From: Macrostomum lignano
Taxonomy: Eukaryota
Assembly (NCBI GenBank): GCA_002269645.1
Contig: NIVC01002695.1
Span: 1 to 64,000 of the forward strand
Reading direction: 5' to 3'
DNA: 64,000 nucleotides
Under the pieces are notes generated by a model. That model saw only the letters and a program-made list of their open reading frames with translations, had not been told where the DNA came from and ran no database searches. Within the stretch, counting starts at the first letter, position 1, and every line of letters begins with the position of its first letter. Shown one piece after another: positions 1-11,945 of this stretch. Position numbers and translations under genes: made by a program.

Positions 1-490
1 TCTCTCCTCCCCGACTGTCCTCCTGTGTCTCTCCTCCCTGTCTCTCCACCCCTGTCTCTCCACCCCTGTCTCTCCACCACTGTCTCTCCTCCCGACTGTC
101 CTCCTGTGTCTCTCCTCCCGTCTCTCCACCCCTGTCTCTCCTCCCCTGTCTCTCCTCCCCGACTGTCCTCCTGTGTCTCTCCTCCCCTGTCTCTCCTCTC
201 CTGTCTCTCCACCCCTGTCTCTCCTCCCCTGTCTCTCCACCCCTGTCTCTCTCCCTGTCTCTCCACCCCTGTCTCTCTCACCCCTGTCTCTCCTCCCCTG
301 TCTCTCCTCCCCTGTCTCTCCTCCCACTGTCTCTCCTGCCTGTCTCTCCTCCCGTCTCTCCTCCCCTGTCTCTCATCCCTGTCTCTCCACCTGTCTCTCC
401 TCCATGTCTCTCCACCCAGGTCTCTCCTCCCCTGTCTCTCCTCTCCTGTCTCTCCTCCCCTGTCTCTCCTCTCCTGTCTCTCCCTGCTTA
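1..490. repeat. ~14-bp pyrimidine-rich tandem repeat (CTCCCCTGTCTCTC-like), probably intronic in the zinc-finger gene
   Basis: Direct periodicity. It lies 3' (minus strand) of a strong GTGAGC donor at 525-526. Confidence 0.9.
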
Positions 491-526
491 TCCCCCAAAG
501 CTTCTCCCATCCCCGCCCACGCTCAC

Positions 527-3500
527 CAGCTGGGCAATCTGGTCGCCATCATTGGCGCCGCCTCATTAGTTTTATGCGCATAGGCGCAGTGCCGTTTCAA
601 ATTGTACAGCCGGACAAACCGGTTGCCGCACAGGTCGCACTGGTGCCGCTTGCGCAAGGCCGGCGGGCCGTGCTCGCGCAGATGGCGCAACAGTGTCCCG
701 CGCGTTTAAACGCAGCGCCGCACTGTTCGCAAGGAAACGAACGCGTCTCGGAGTGTTTAAACAATAGGTGATCGCTGAGCGACTTTTTGCATAGGAATCG
801 TTTGGGGCACTGAGGACAGGCGTAGCGGCGCTGATCCGTGTGCCGGATGAGGTGCCGCGCGTAGTTTGTAGGATCGTGCGTGCGTAGGGGCAGTGCGGGC
901 ACGCGTGGCTGCGCCGGTTCTCGGGCGATTGGTGCAGCTTCTGGTGGCGGTGCAGGCTGCTGGAGGCGCGGAACACCTTGGCGCACACCGGGCAGCGGCG
1001 GGCTGCTTCTGCTGTTGCCGCTGCTGCTTTGATCGGCGATGCTTCTGCTTCTCCTGGACACAGATGGCGAGAGCGGGTGAGTAGTCGGGGATTGGATCTG
1101 TTCAAGGGGAGATTCTGGGATCTGTTCAAGGGGAGATTCTGGATCTGTTCAAGGGGAGATTCTGGGATCTGTTCAAGGGAGATTCTGGGATCTGTTCAAG
1201 GGAGATTCTGGGATCTGTTCAATGGGAGATTCTGGGATCTGATCAAGGGGAGATTCTGGATCTGATCAAGGGGAGATTCTGGGATCTGATCAAGGGGAGA
1301 TTCTGGGATCTGTTCAAGAGGAGATTCTGGGATCTGTTCAAGGGGAGATTCGGGTCGGGTTTTGGGTCCGGGTCGGTTCGGGTTCGAGTAGGGTGTTCGG
1401 GTCGGGTTCGGGGTTAGAGCTTCAAGTTCGGGTTCTACCCCGAACCCGAAAAAATGGAAACCCGAACACCCCAGGCCTGACACGAACCTGTCCACCAACG
1501 CCAGAGCCAGGCTGCTGTGCTTCTGCTGCTTGTGCAGCTGCAGAGCCTGACGGCTAGCGAACGACCAGCGCAGACTGAACAATGAAAAGCCGAGGCTGCG
1601 ACAGCGGCGGCGGAGCTGATCGACTTGGGACCGCCGGAGACGCCGACAAGGCCGGGCAGGCGACGAATGCCGTGGGCAAGGCGCAGGTGGCTGAGCAACT
1701 GGCCTTTCTTCTGCACTGCCAGGCCGCAGTGCGGACACCGGAGCGAGTGCTTCAAAGCCACGTGATCGCGCAGCTCGCGCTCCAGGCCGAACACCAGGGC
1801 GCAGTGCTGGCAGCGAGACACAGCGTTAGCGTGGATGGCTTTGAGGTGTGCCTGCAGAGCGGCCTCCGTGGCCACCGGCTTGCAGCACAGGCTGCAGGCG
1901 AATTTGTTATGCGCCATGCGCAGGTGGGTGCTCAGCTCGTCAGCGGACTGGAATACGCGCTCGCTGTTGTGGCAGAGGGCGCAGCTGTGGGAGGGGAACG
2001 GGTTCTGATTGGCTGTGTACATGTGGCCTAGCTGCTGATTGGCTGTGTACATGTGGCCTAGCTGCTGATTGGCTGTGTACATGTGGCCTAGTTGCTGATT
2101 GGCGGTGTACATGTGGCCTACCTGCTGATTGGCTGTGTGCATGTGGCCTACCTGCTGATTGGCTGTGTACATGTGGCCTAGCTGCTGATTGGCTGTGTAC
2201 ATGTGGCCTAGCTGCTGATTGGCTGTGTACATTTGGCCTAGCTGCTGATTGGCTGTGTACATTTGGCCTAGCTGCTGATTGGCTGTGTACATGTGGCCTA
2301 GTTGCTGATTGGCTGTGTACATGTGGCCTAGCTGCTGATTGGCTGTGTACATGCTTTCTAGTAGACATTTTACTGTACATTCTGGTACACTTCAAAAGTA
2401 TTATCAAAGAATACTTTTAATTTGTAGACGGCGGAATTTCTGCGGAATCCCCATCACAGCTGAGGCAATTTTCCAACTATACTACTACTTGTACTACTAC
2501 TCACCGACTTGTACTGCCGGCAGCGACGACGCCCCGGCTAGCAGCGCCTTTAGCCTTGTGAGCGCGTTTCGAATGGTTAATAAACCGAGCCCGCTCCTCG
2601 AAATGCCGCAGGCAGATCGGGCAGCTCCGGCCGACAAAGTAGCCGGCCCTGGCCAGCCGGTGTCCGGCGAAGAGGCGGAAGCCGATAGGCACTCGTGAGC
2701 TAGCAGAGTGGCCCGATTGGCAAATGTACCCGACAGGCGCGGCAGCTGGCTCCGCCGACGGTGCCGTGGCCGGCAAGGTGCGACAGGTAGGCCGACCAGG
2801 TGGAGAAGGCGGGCTGCTGCTCGGCCAGGCACACGGACACGCCAGTTCCGCGTCATCCTCCTCCTCATCCTCGTCGTCGAAGCTGAAGCCGGCGGCGGCG
2901 TTGACTGCATTGGCGACGGTGGAGTCGGTCGAGGAGGCAGCGGCGGAGGCGATAGTCAGCGAAGTCGCCGGCTCGATTCCCGCGCTGGCCGCGGCAGGGC
3001 CTGCCGATGCCGACAGTGGCAGCGAAGAGTTGCCACCGCCGCCGCCGTCCACCGACTCCTGGTCGAGCTTGACTGGCCGCTGGCTTTTCCGCTTCGGCCG
3101 CATGCACTTGTTGCCAGCAGCAGCAGCAGTGCCAGCTGCGCCGCCGCTTACGCTGCCGACGCCGTCAGCAACTGGGACAGCGACGCCGCTACTGCTGCCG
3201 ACGCCGCCACCGACGCCTAGTAAATTCGAGAGCGGTGGGCCGACGAGTTGGACTCGTCTGCATCAACCACCATGGACAGCATCAGATGCTGCTGCGGCTG
3301 CTGCTGCTGTGTGACGGAGCAGGACTGCATGGTTGAACCTACAGGCATCCTGTTCGACTCCGTTGTTGCTGGCGATGTCGACGACTGCGCTGGCGGAGGC
3401 AGCGACTGCCTTGGCGGAGGAGGCGGCGGCGGAGGGAGCTGAGAGGCTGATGCCAGATGATGGTGCTGTGAGGATTGGTCTTGCTGCTGCTGCTGCTGCT

Positions 3501-4216
3501 GCTGCTGCAGAGGGCTTCGCTGACCAGCGCGGACGGACAGCTGCTCGGGGACTTCAGCGCAGAGGACGTCTTCGGGATCGTCGGCAATCTGCAGGGTTAA
3601 TAGGACGATTTGGGACCTGCAGACAGACAGACAGGCAGACAGACAGACAGACAGATACAGACTAGAATAATTCACCAGCCCTACAAAAACAGGTTTCACA
3701 AAACGGCTACCAGATCGTTAAAATCGGCGATGCTCAGGTCGCCCAGCGGACACAACTTGACGCCGCTGACGTCATCATCATCATCATCGTCGTCGTCAAC
3801 GCCTTCCTCGACAACACCGACTTCGTCTTCGTCGACGTGGCCGCTAACGTCTTCGCCGTTGTCGACCGCAGGCTGAGCAGCTGATCTGATCGTCATGGCC
3901 GCCGACGTTGCGCGGCGTTTCCGACCTCGGCATCTCGAACATCGTCGCCGTCATCGACATTGTCGACACCATTGTCTTCGTTGCTATGGCAACTGTTTAC
4001 GGTTTTTGACGGTTGCCTAGAAACCGAACAGCCACCGCTGCCGCCGCGGAAGGGTACTTGGGAGACTCTGTCATTGTCGACAATGAGGTTGACGGTGTCC
4101 TGCAGGTACAGAATCAGCGGCAGACGGAGCGACGCCCTGACGGACAGAATGCCGGCCCGTATTTGGTCGATCTGAACGCACAGGGCGTGCGCCTCCGATG
4201 AGGCTTCCTCTGGAGG
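527..4216 (-). CDS. Multi-C2H2 zinc-finger protein (~13 fingers), partial and frameshifted in this sequence
   Basis: Inferred exons 4216-3711, 3588-2505, 1984-1488, 1053-527 with GT-AG boundaries. Fingers include CALC..HLRMAH, CQHC..HVALKH, CPVC..HQKLH, CPQC..HLLFKH and CDLC..HCAYAH. Continuity needs ~10 single-nt insertions (see findings). The 5' and 3' ends are not resolved. Confidence 0.75.
1088..1475. repeat. ~24-bp tandem repeat (GGGAGATTCTGGGATCTGTTCAAG, ~11 copies) followed by a short CGGGTT-type repeat, intronic
   Basis: Direct periodicity. Unit length varies by single G's. Confidence 0.9.
2005..2352. repeat. 30-bp tandem repeat (GGCTGTGTACATGTGGCCTAGCTGCTGATT, ~11.5 copies), intronic
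   Basis: Exact 30-nt register. It explains the HMYTANQQLG pseudo-ORF. Confidence 0.95.
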
Positions 4217-4258
4217 CTGAAGATGGCAAATAGTTGGGAAATAAGCGATGCTCATAGA

Positions 4259-4806
4259 GACCAGGTTGGGAGATGAGCGATTCTCATAGAGACCGAGTTG
4301 GGAGATGAGCGATTCTCATAGAGACCAAGTTGAGAGATAAGTGATTCCCATAGAGACCAAGTTAAGAGATAAGCGATTCTCATAGAGACCAAGTTGAGAG
4401 ATGAGCGATTCTCATAGAGACCGTGTTGAGAGATAAGCGATTCTCATAGAGACCAAGTTAAGAGATAAGCGATTCTCATAGAGACCAAGTTGAGAGATAA
4501 GCGATTCTCATAGAGACCAAACTGAGAGATAGGCGATTCTCATAGAGACCAAGCTGAGAGATAAGCGATTCTCATAGAGACCAAGTTGAGAGATAAGCGA
4601 TTCTCATAGAGACCAAGTTGAGAGATAAGCGATTCTCATAGAGACCAAGTTGAGAGATAAGCGATTCTCATAGAGACCGAGTTGGGAGATAAGCGATTCC
4701 CATAGAGACCAAGTTGAGAGATAAGCGATTCTCATAGAGACCAAGCTGAGAGATAAGCGATTCTCATAGAGACCAAACTGAGAGATAGGCGATTCTCATA
4801 GAGACC
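4259..4806. repeat. 32-bp tandem repeat (GACCAAGTTGAGAGATAAGCGATTCTCATAGA, 17 copies)
   Basis: GACC recurs every 32 nt from 4259 to 4803 with no indels. Confidence 0.95.
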
Positions 4807-5489
4807 TATCTAAGACACAGAAGATTGAACTCATAAAACGACTTAAACGCAAGGTAAAAATGGCAATAAAAATGGCAGCAAAGCAAGACAAATTCTGGCA
4901 AAAACAGAATCGAGGCAATGAGAACCAAGTTGTCGTGTGTATTAAAAAATAAAAAACTGGAATAGTAATATGAATATTAATCGTGCATTTTTACTAGTAT
5001 CAGTAGTATTGAGTGAGCAGCGCGTGCAATTTGGAGTAAATAAAACAAGTCCGAAATTAATAAGGAAGTTGATGAAGATAACTAATGAGATAAGAAGAGT
5101 TGGCACAGCTCACAAAGTACGGCACCAATAGTGTAGGATTATAGCAGATTACATATGTAACAACGGTGATATTAATAGTTATTAATTAGTACTTACTAAT
5201 GGTTTAGTAAAGTAACAACAAAGATATTGAAGCTTAAAAGCAGATAGACAGCAGCGGTGTGTAGTCAGCTGAGAGATGGATAGGCGCTGATGGCAATTAT
5301 ACTATTAGTAGTGTGAAATGAGCAAAATGCTATATGCCATAAACTAATAAAAGTTACCTGTAAGTTAAACATATTATTATTGATAGCTACGAGTACAAAT
5401 GCTTCATGCCAATTCGATGTCCGCTACTTAACAGGCACAGAGGAGGAATATTCAATGCATTTACAGACTTGTCTTTGGTTAATAGGGTA

Positions 5490-6793
5490 CGAGGGTCACT
5501 CAGAAAGTCTTTAGCCTGAGTAGGATCCACGAGACGTAGAAGCATGAAATTTGTCTATGGTAAAGACCAACTTTTAAAAGTATTGCAACAAAAATTTCAA
5601 ACAGAAGCAGCCACTTTTGAGTCCACTGCAGCGAGTTAAAGTCAGTTCACCCCCTGAGTTCTTCAATTCAACAATGAAGCTGGAAAATCGCGACTTCAGA
5701 GCAATGATTTACTTGCACTTCAAGCAAGGCAAGTCGCCGACCGAATCGTATCAAACTTTACAGAACGTTTTTACCCATGTATGTCCTTCATACGCAACCG
5801 TCAAAAACTGGTTCGCTGAGTTTCGCCGAGGTCGAGAAAGCCTCGAAGATGAACATCGATCCGGGAGACCCTGTGACGCAGTGACTCCAGAAAATATCTG
5901 CGCTGTGTCCAGCATGATTGCCGCTGACCGGCGAGTGACCTACCAGCAGATCCAGCAGGAGATCGGTATTGGATCGGGTAGTGTGCACGCCATTCTGCAC
6001 GAACACCTTGGAGTGCGGAAGCTGGCTTCCCGGTGGATCCCCCATCAGCTGTCGGACGTGCAGAAGGACACCAGGGTGGCTTGGTGCCGATTCATGCTGC
6101 AGAAATTCGAATCTGGGACCAGCCGGCGTATCCGGGACATCCTCACGGGCGATGAGACCTGGATTTATCAATACGACCCCGAAAGCAAGCGCCAGTCAGC
6201 CATGTGGACCTTTGGAGACGAGGACAGCCCCACCAAGTTTCGACGCAGCCGGAGTGTCGGCAAGCAGATGGTGGCCTGTTTCTTCATGCGCACTGGGCAT
6301 GTGGCTTCCGTTTCACTTGAAGATCGCCAGACAGTCACCGCTGACTGGTACACAACGGTTTGCCTGCCCAAAGTCTTTTCTGCTGTGAGCCAGAGGCGCC
6401 CAAGGTGCGGAATGCGCGGGGTGCTTCTGCACCACGACAACGCCAGCGAGCACACGGCGGCTCAAACTCTTGAGTTTCTGGCTGACTGTGGGGTCCAGCT
6501 GATGACTCACCCTGCGTATAGTCCAGACCTGGCACTGTGCGACTTTTTTCTGTTTCCGAAGTGCAAGGAGATTCTGATGGGTCAGGTCTTTTCTTCACCG
6601 GAAGAAGCTGTGAATGAGTTCAAAAACATCATCGAAGAGCTCCGGGATGAGGATTGGCGGCAGTGCTTTGACAGCTGGTTTCACAGGATGCAAGCCTGTA
6701 TCAATGCCGGTGGAGAGTATTTTGAGCACTTGTAGTCGTTTTTTAGTTCATTTGTTGCTGTTTTCGTGTTCAGGCTAAGAACTTTCTGAGTGA
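5490..6793 (+). mobile_element. Mariner (Tc1/mariner) DNA transposon, ~1.3 kb, right TIR clipped
   Basis: Left TA at 5488-5489 followed by TIR CGAGGGTCACTCAGAAAGTCTTTAGCCTGA. The right end 6770-6793 (TCAGGCTAAGAACTTTCTGAGTGA) matches the inner 24 nt but lacks the terminal CCCTCG and TA. Confidence 0.92.
5674..6735 (+). CDS. Mariner transposase, D,D34D (353 aa from ATG 5674)
   Basis: HTH N-terminus with RSGRP, then WIPHQL, GDETW, HHDNA and YSPDLALCDF, with 34 residues between the last two Asp. ORF uninterrupted. Confidence 0.95.
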   Translation: MKLENRDFRAMIYLHFKQGKSPTESYQTLQNVFTHVCPSYATVKNWFAEFRRGRESLEDEHRSGRPCDAVTPENICAVSSMIAADRRVTYQQIQQEIGIGSGSVHAILHEHLGVRKLASRWIPHQLSDVQKDTRVAWCRFMLQKFESGTSRRIRDILTGDETWIYQYDPESKRQSAMWTFGDEDSPTKFRRSRSVGKQMVACFFMRTGHVASVSLEDRQTVTADWYTTVCLPKVFSAVSQRRPRCGMRGVLLHHDNASEHTAAQTLEFLADCGVQLMTHPAYSPDLALCDFFLFPKCKEILMGQVFSSPEEAVNEFKNIIEELRDEDWRQCFDSWFHRMQACINAGGEYFEHL

Positions 6794-7129
6794 AAAGTCA
6801 AGTTAAATGTACATATATCTATTGCTCTACTAACAGTAGGATAAATGAAACAGAGCTGCACAGAGAGAAGTGAAAAGTTTAATTCAACTAAAACAATCTT
6901 CCTAAACGGCTTTGGCAGAGTTGGCAAGTGGCAAAAAAACTGGGCTTTAAAAAACAGGAAAAGCTTTAAAACTTTTTAAAAGAGTAATGCCGAATAAACA
7001 TTTAAAATGTTAGCGAAAGTTCAAATACAGAAAGATAATGCGCTGAGTTGGCCACGTTTTAATATTGTTTTTCGCCTAATTAAAGCCTACCACTGAATAA
7101 GCAGCAGAGGGATTAACACAAGCAACTAG

Positions 7130-9040
7130 GTATTGGGATGTTGAACTATGGTATTGGGATATTAATCTATGGGATTTAGATATTAATCTATGGGATTGGG
7201 ATATTAATCCATAGGATTGGGATATTTATGTATGGAATCGGGATATTAATCCATAGGATTGGGATGTTTATCTATGGGATCGGGATATTAATCTATGGGA
7301 TTGGGATATTAATCCATGGGATTGGGATGTTAATCTATGGGATTGGGATATTAATCCATAGGATTGGGATATTTATTTATGGGATCGGGATATTAATCTA
7401 TAAGTTTGGGATATTAATCTATGGGATTTGGATATTAATCTATGGTATTGGGATATTAATCTATGGGATTGGGACACTAATCTATGGGATTGGGATATTT
7501 ATCTATGGGATTGGGATATTAATCTATGGGATTGGGACACTAATCCATGGGATTGGGATATTAATCTATGGGATTGGGATATTAATCTATGGGATTGGGA
7601 TAATAATCTATGGGATTGGGATATTAATCTATGGGATTGGGACACTAATCCATGGGATTGGGATATTAATCTATGGGATTGGGATAATAATCTATGGGAT
7701 TGGGATATTAATCTATGGGATTGGGATATTAATCTATGGGATTGGGATATTAATCTATGGGATTGGGATATTAATCTATGGGATTGGGATAATAATCTAT
7801 GGGATTGGGATATTAATCTATGGGATTGGGACACTAATCCATGGGATTGGGATATTAATCTATGGGATTGGGATATTAATCTATGGGATTGGGATATTTA
7901 TCTATGGGATTGGGATATTAATCTATGGGATTGGGATATTAATCTATGGGATTGGGATATTAATCCATGGGATTGGGATGTTAATCTATGGGATTGGGAT
8001 ATTAATCTATGGGATTGGGACACTAATCTATGGGATTGGGATATTTATCTATGGGATTGGGATATTAATCTATGGGATTGGGACACCAATCCATGGGATT
8101 GGGATATTAATCTATGGGATTGGGACACTAATCTATGGGATTGGGATATTAATCTATGGGATTGGGATATTAATCTATGGGATTGGGATATTAATCTATG
8201 GGATTGGGATATTAATCTATGGGATTGGGACACTAATCCATGGGATTGGGATATTAATCTATGGGATTGGGATATTAATCTATGGGATTGGGATAATAAT
8301 CTATGGGATTGGGATATTAATCTATGGGATTGGGACACTAATCCATGGGATTGGGATATTAATCTATGGGATTGGGACACTAATCTATGGGATTGGGATA
8401 TTAATCTATGGGATTGGGATATTAATCTATGGGATTGGGATATTAATCTATGGGATTGGGATATTAATCCATGGGATTGGGATGTTAATCTATGGGATTG
8501 GGATATTAATCTATGGGATTGGGACACTAATCTATGGGATTGGGATATTTATCTATGGGATTGGGATATTAATCTATGGGATTGGGATATTAATCTATGG
8601 GATTGGGATATTAATCTATGGGATTGGGATATTAATCCATGGGATTGGGATGTTAATCTATGGGATTGGGATATTAATCTATGGGATTGGGACACTAATC
8701 TATGGGATTGGGATATTTATCTATGGGATTGGGATATTAATCTATGGGATTGGGACACCAATCTATGGTATTGGGATATTAATCTATGGGATTGGGACAC
8801 TAATCTATGGGATTGGGATATTAATCTATGGGATTGGGATATTAATCTATGGGATTGGGATATTAATCTATGGGATTGGGATATTAATCCATGGGATTGG
8901 GATATTAATCTATGGGATTGGGATATTAATCTATGGGATTGGGATATTAATCTATGGGATTGGGACACTAATCTATGGGATTGGGATATTAATCCATGGG
9001 ATTGGGATGTTAATCTATGGGATTTGGATATATTAAGCTA
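7130..9040. repeat. 21-bp tandem repeat (GGGATTGGGATATTAATCTAT, ~90 copies)
   Basis: Direct periodicity. It explains the YGIGILI, DINLWDW and SQSHRLI pseudo-ORFs. Confidence 0.97.
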
Positions 9041-9240
9041 TGGGTCTATGCTAAGAGAGGGTGTTATTAAGCAGCTTTGGTAAATTATCTACAAATTTGT
9101 CAATGAAAAAAATGTCATCGGAATGCCAAATTTCAGGACCTCAGTTGCTAACAAGCTATTAAGGTAAACAAATTGCGTCAAGGTCAAGTCAAAGTAATAG
9201 GTAAATATTAGCTAATAAAAGTGCAACACATGGTTTTGCA

Positions 9241-11945
9241 CTACTGCCAATGCTGCTGAGGCAGGTGATAAACAGGTAGCTGATAAGGATTCGCCTGATA
9301 GATCGGATTGATTAACTGGTGCTGAGCAAAGCGGACGGGCTGATACTGCTGCTGCATAAGCACTGTGCCAGGCTGCGGCTGCTCCAAGGCATAATAGGGA
9401 CAAATATTTGCTCCGTAGTTACTAACAGTAGTCTGTGGCAGTAGGGTTGGTTGCTGGTAGATCGCAGGCTGTTGCTGCGGCTGCTGATGCTGCTGAATAG
9501 GCTTAGCGGTGGCAGCGAACACGGGCACGCCTTCAATGACGAACCCGCGACCAATCAGTTGAGCAGCCATTTCGGCGCTGGCGAACGTGACGAATGCGAA
9601 TGAGCGATCTGGCCGGCGAGACACGAACACTTCGGACACTTCCAGGCCCAACTCTTTGGTGAAGTATTCGGTTAGGGTTTGCTCCGACAGCTTGTCCGTG
9701 ATGCCGCCAATGAATACTCGACGGGACAGCATCTGCTGCTGCTGCTGCTGCTGCTGCTCAGAACCATGCGAGTCCGCGGCTACTGGCAGCTGCTGCCGAC
9801 TGTAGGGGATCTTTAGCTCGCAGCAACGCCTGCCGATCTGCGATTGGAGGGAACAGGGAGGGGCGGGTCTGTCTGAGCTGTGAGATGAGTGGCGGGTCTG
9901 TCTGAGCTGTGAGATGAGTGGCGGGTCTGTCTGAGCTGTGAGCTGAAGGGAGGGTCTGTCTGAGCTGTGAGCTGAAGGGCGGGTCTGTCTGAGCTGTGAG
10001 CTGAAGGGCGGGTCTGTCTGAGCTGTGAGATGAGGGGCGGGTCTGTCTGAGCTGTGAGATGAGGGGCGGGTCTGTCTGAGCTGTGAGATGAGGGGCGGGT
10101 CTGTCTGAGCTGTGAGATGAGGGGCGGGTTTCCCTAGGAGCTGTGTGAGTAGGGCGGGTTTTCCGGTAAGTTGTGAGTAGGGCGGGTTTCTCTGTGAGCT
10201 GCGAGTAGGGCGGGTTTCCCTGTAAGTTGTGCGAGTAGGGCGGGTTTCCCTGGAAGCTGTGCGAGTAGGGCGGGTTTCCCTGGAAGCTGTGCGAGTAGGG
10301 CGGGTTTCCCTGGGAGCTGTGTGAGTAGGGCGGGTTTCCCTGGGAGCTGTGTGAGTAGGGCGGGTTTCCCTGGGAGCTGTGTGAGTAGGGCGGGTTTCCC
10401 TGGGAGCTGTGTGAGTAGGGCGGGTTTCCCTGGGAGCTGTGTGAGTAGGGCGGGTTTCCCTGGGAGCTGTGTGAGTAGGGCGGGCTGCAAAAACTATTGA
10501 GATTATTCTGACCTGATAAAAGCGAGTAGCCAGAGCCGATTCCTGACTGGCCATATCGGAGAAGCGCACGAAGCCGAAGCCTCGGCTGGTGCCAGTCCAG
10601 TCCCGCTTGATCTGCGCCATGGCCAGACTGTCCTTGACGCCACTGACAGAGTCAAAGTAGGCTCGCAGATCCTGCTCTTGGCAGTCGTAGGGCAAGCCTA
10701 GCACTATGAGATCTTCGCAGTCCTTGCTATTGCCATTGCGCTCGCCTGTCTCCGGGCAGTGATTGCTGTCGTTGCCGCTGCTGTCGGCGGCGATGCCGCT
10801 CTGCTGCTTCTCGTCACCGTTAATTGGTGCCTGCGACCCGGACTTGCTGTTGCCGTTTGGCTGGCGCGGGTCGCTGTGCAATGAGACAGTTTGAGACTGT
10901 TTGACATCAGTTTGAGACAGTTTGACATCAGTTTGAGACTGTTTGACATCAGTTTGAGACAGTTTGACATCAGTTTGAGACAGTTTGAGATCAGTTTGAG
11001 ACTGTTTGAGACTGTTTGAGATCAGTTTGAGACTGTTTGAGACTGATTGAGATCAGTTTGAGATCAGATTGAGACTGTTTGAGATCAGTTTGAGATGAGT
11101 TTGAGACTGTTTGAGATCAGTTTGAGATCAGTTTGAGACTGTTTGACATCAGTTTGAGACTGTTTGAGACTGTTTGAGATCAGTTTGAGATCAGTTTGAG
11201 ACTGATTGAGATCAGTTTGAGACAGTTTGAGATCAGTTTGAGACAGTTTGAGATCAGTTTGAGATCAGTTTGAGACTGTTTGAGATCAGTTTGAGACAGT
11301 TTGAGATCAGTTTGAGACAGTTTGAGATCAGTTTGAGACAGTTTGAGATCAGTTTGAGATCAGTTTGAGACTGTTTGAGATCAGTTTGAGATCAGTTTGA
11401 GACTGATTGAGATCAGTTTGAGATCAGTTTGAGATCAGTTTGAGACTGTTTGAGATCAGTTTGAGATCAGATTGAGACTGTTTGAGATCAGTTTGAGATC
11501 AGTTTGAGACTGTTTGAGACAGTTAGAGTAAATCGCGGCAACTAAATTGCAATTTTCAAAAAGTACACAATATGTACCACTGTATGTTATACTACTGTTA
11601 GTACGCTCGTACGAGCATAAGTTATAAAGCCAAAAATTAGTTTAATTATTAAAAGGCAGTTAAAGAAAACACAGTTCAATCGACTTCTCACCCGTCCACC
11701 GGAGAAAAAGTGCAAAAGTACACGGCGTCCGACCAGCGCGCGAGTTCGCTTGGCCGACGCAGCGACCCGTCGACTAGCGGCACAGCGAGTAGACTGCCAG
11801 TCTGCGGGCAGCGATACTGCAGCCCCAGGGCGCCCGGGAATTCGGCAGCCAGACTGACCAATGACAGGCTGCCATCTGACTCAGGCTGGACTTCGTGAGC
11901 CAGCTCGCCAGCTGATTGGTTCGCTATGATTGGCACGCAGTCCAT
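9241..11945 (-). CDS. TARDBP: TDP-43-like RNA-binding protein (N-terminal domain, two RRMs, Q/P/Y-rich tail), 3 exons
   Basis: Exons 11945-11692, 10874-10513, 9837-9241 with phase-compatible GT-AG junctions. NTD motif EFPGALGLQYRCP, RRM1 DLIVLGLP..RGFGFVRF and RRM2 RRVFIG..RSFAFVTF match TDP-43 family motifs. Confidence 0.88.
9860..10490. repeat. Two related 30-bp tandem arrays filling TDP-43 intron 2
   Basis: Units GCGGGTCTGTCTGAGCTGTGAGATGAGGGG and GCGGGTTTCCCTGGGAGCTGTGTGAGTAGG. Confidence 0.93.
10885..11525. repeat. 10-bp-based tandem repeat (AGTTTGAGAC / AGTTTGAGAT) filling TDP-43 intron 1
   Basis: Direct periodicity running to within ~10 nt of the acceptor at 10875-10876. Confidence 0.93.

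Noticed and set aside
2339-4201. Plus-strand Ala/Ser-rich ORFs overlapping the zinc-finger gene
   Set aside because: They are antisense shadows of GC-rich coding sequence, with no motifs or splice support.
7130-9040. Interstitial telomeric repeat
   Set aside because: GGGATT is the mirror image of TTAGGG, not its complement, and it is only part of a 21-bp unit.
7228-9083. 602-aa and 551-aa ORFs (YGIGILI / DINLWDW repeats)
   Set aside because: They are translations of a stop-free 21-bp tandem repeat, with no unique domain or gene structure.
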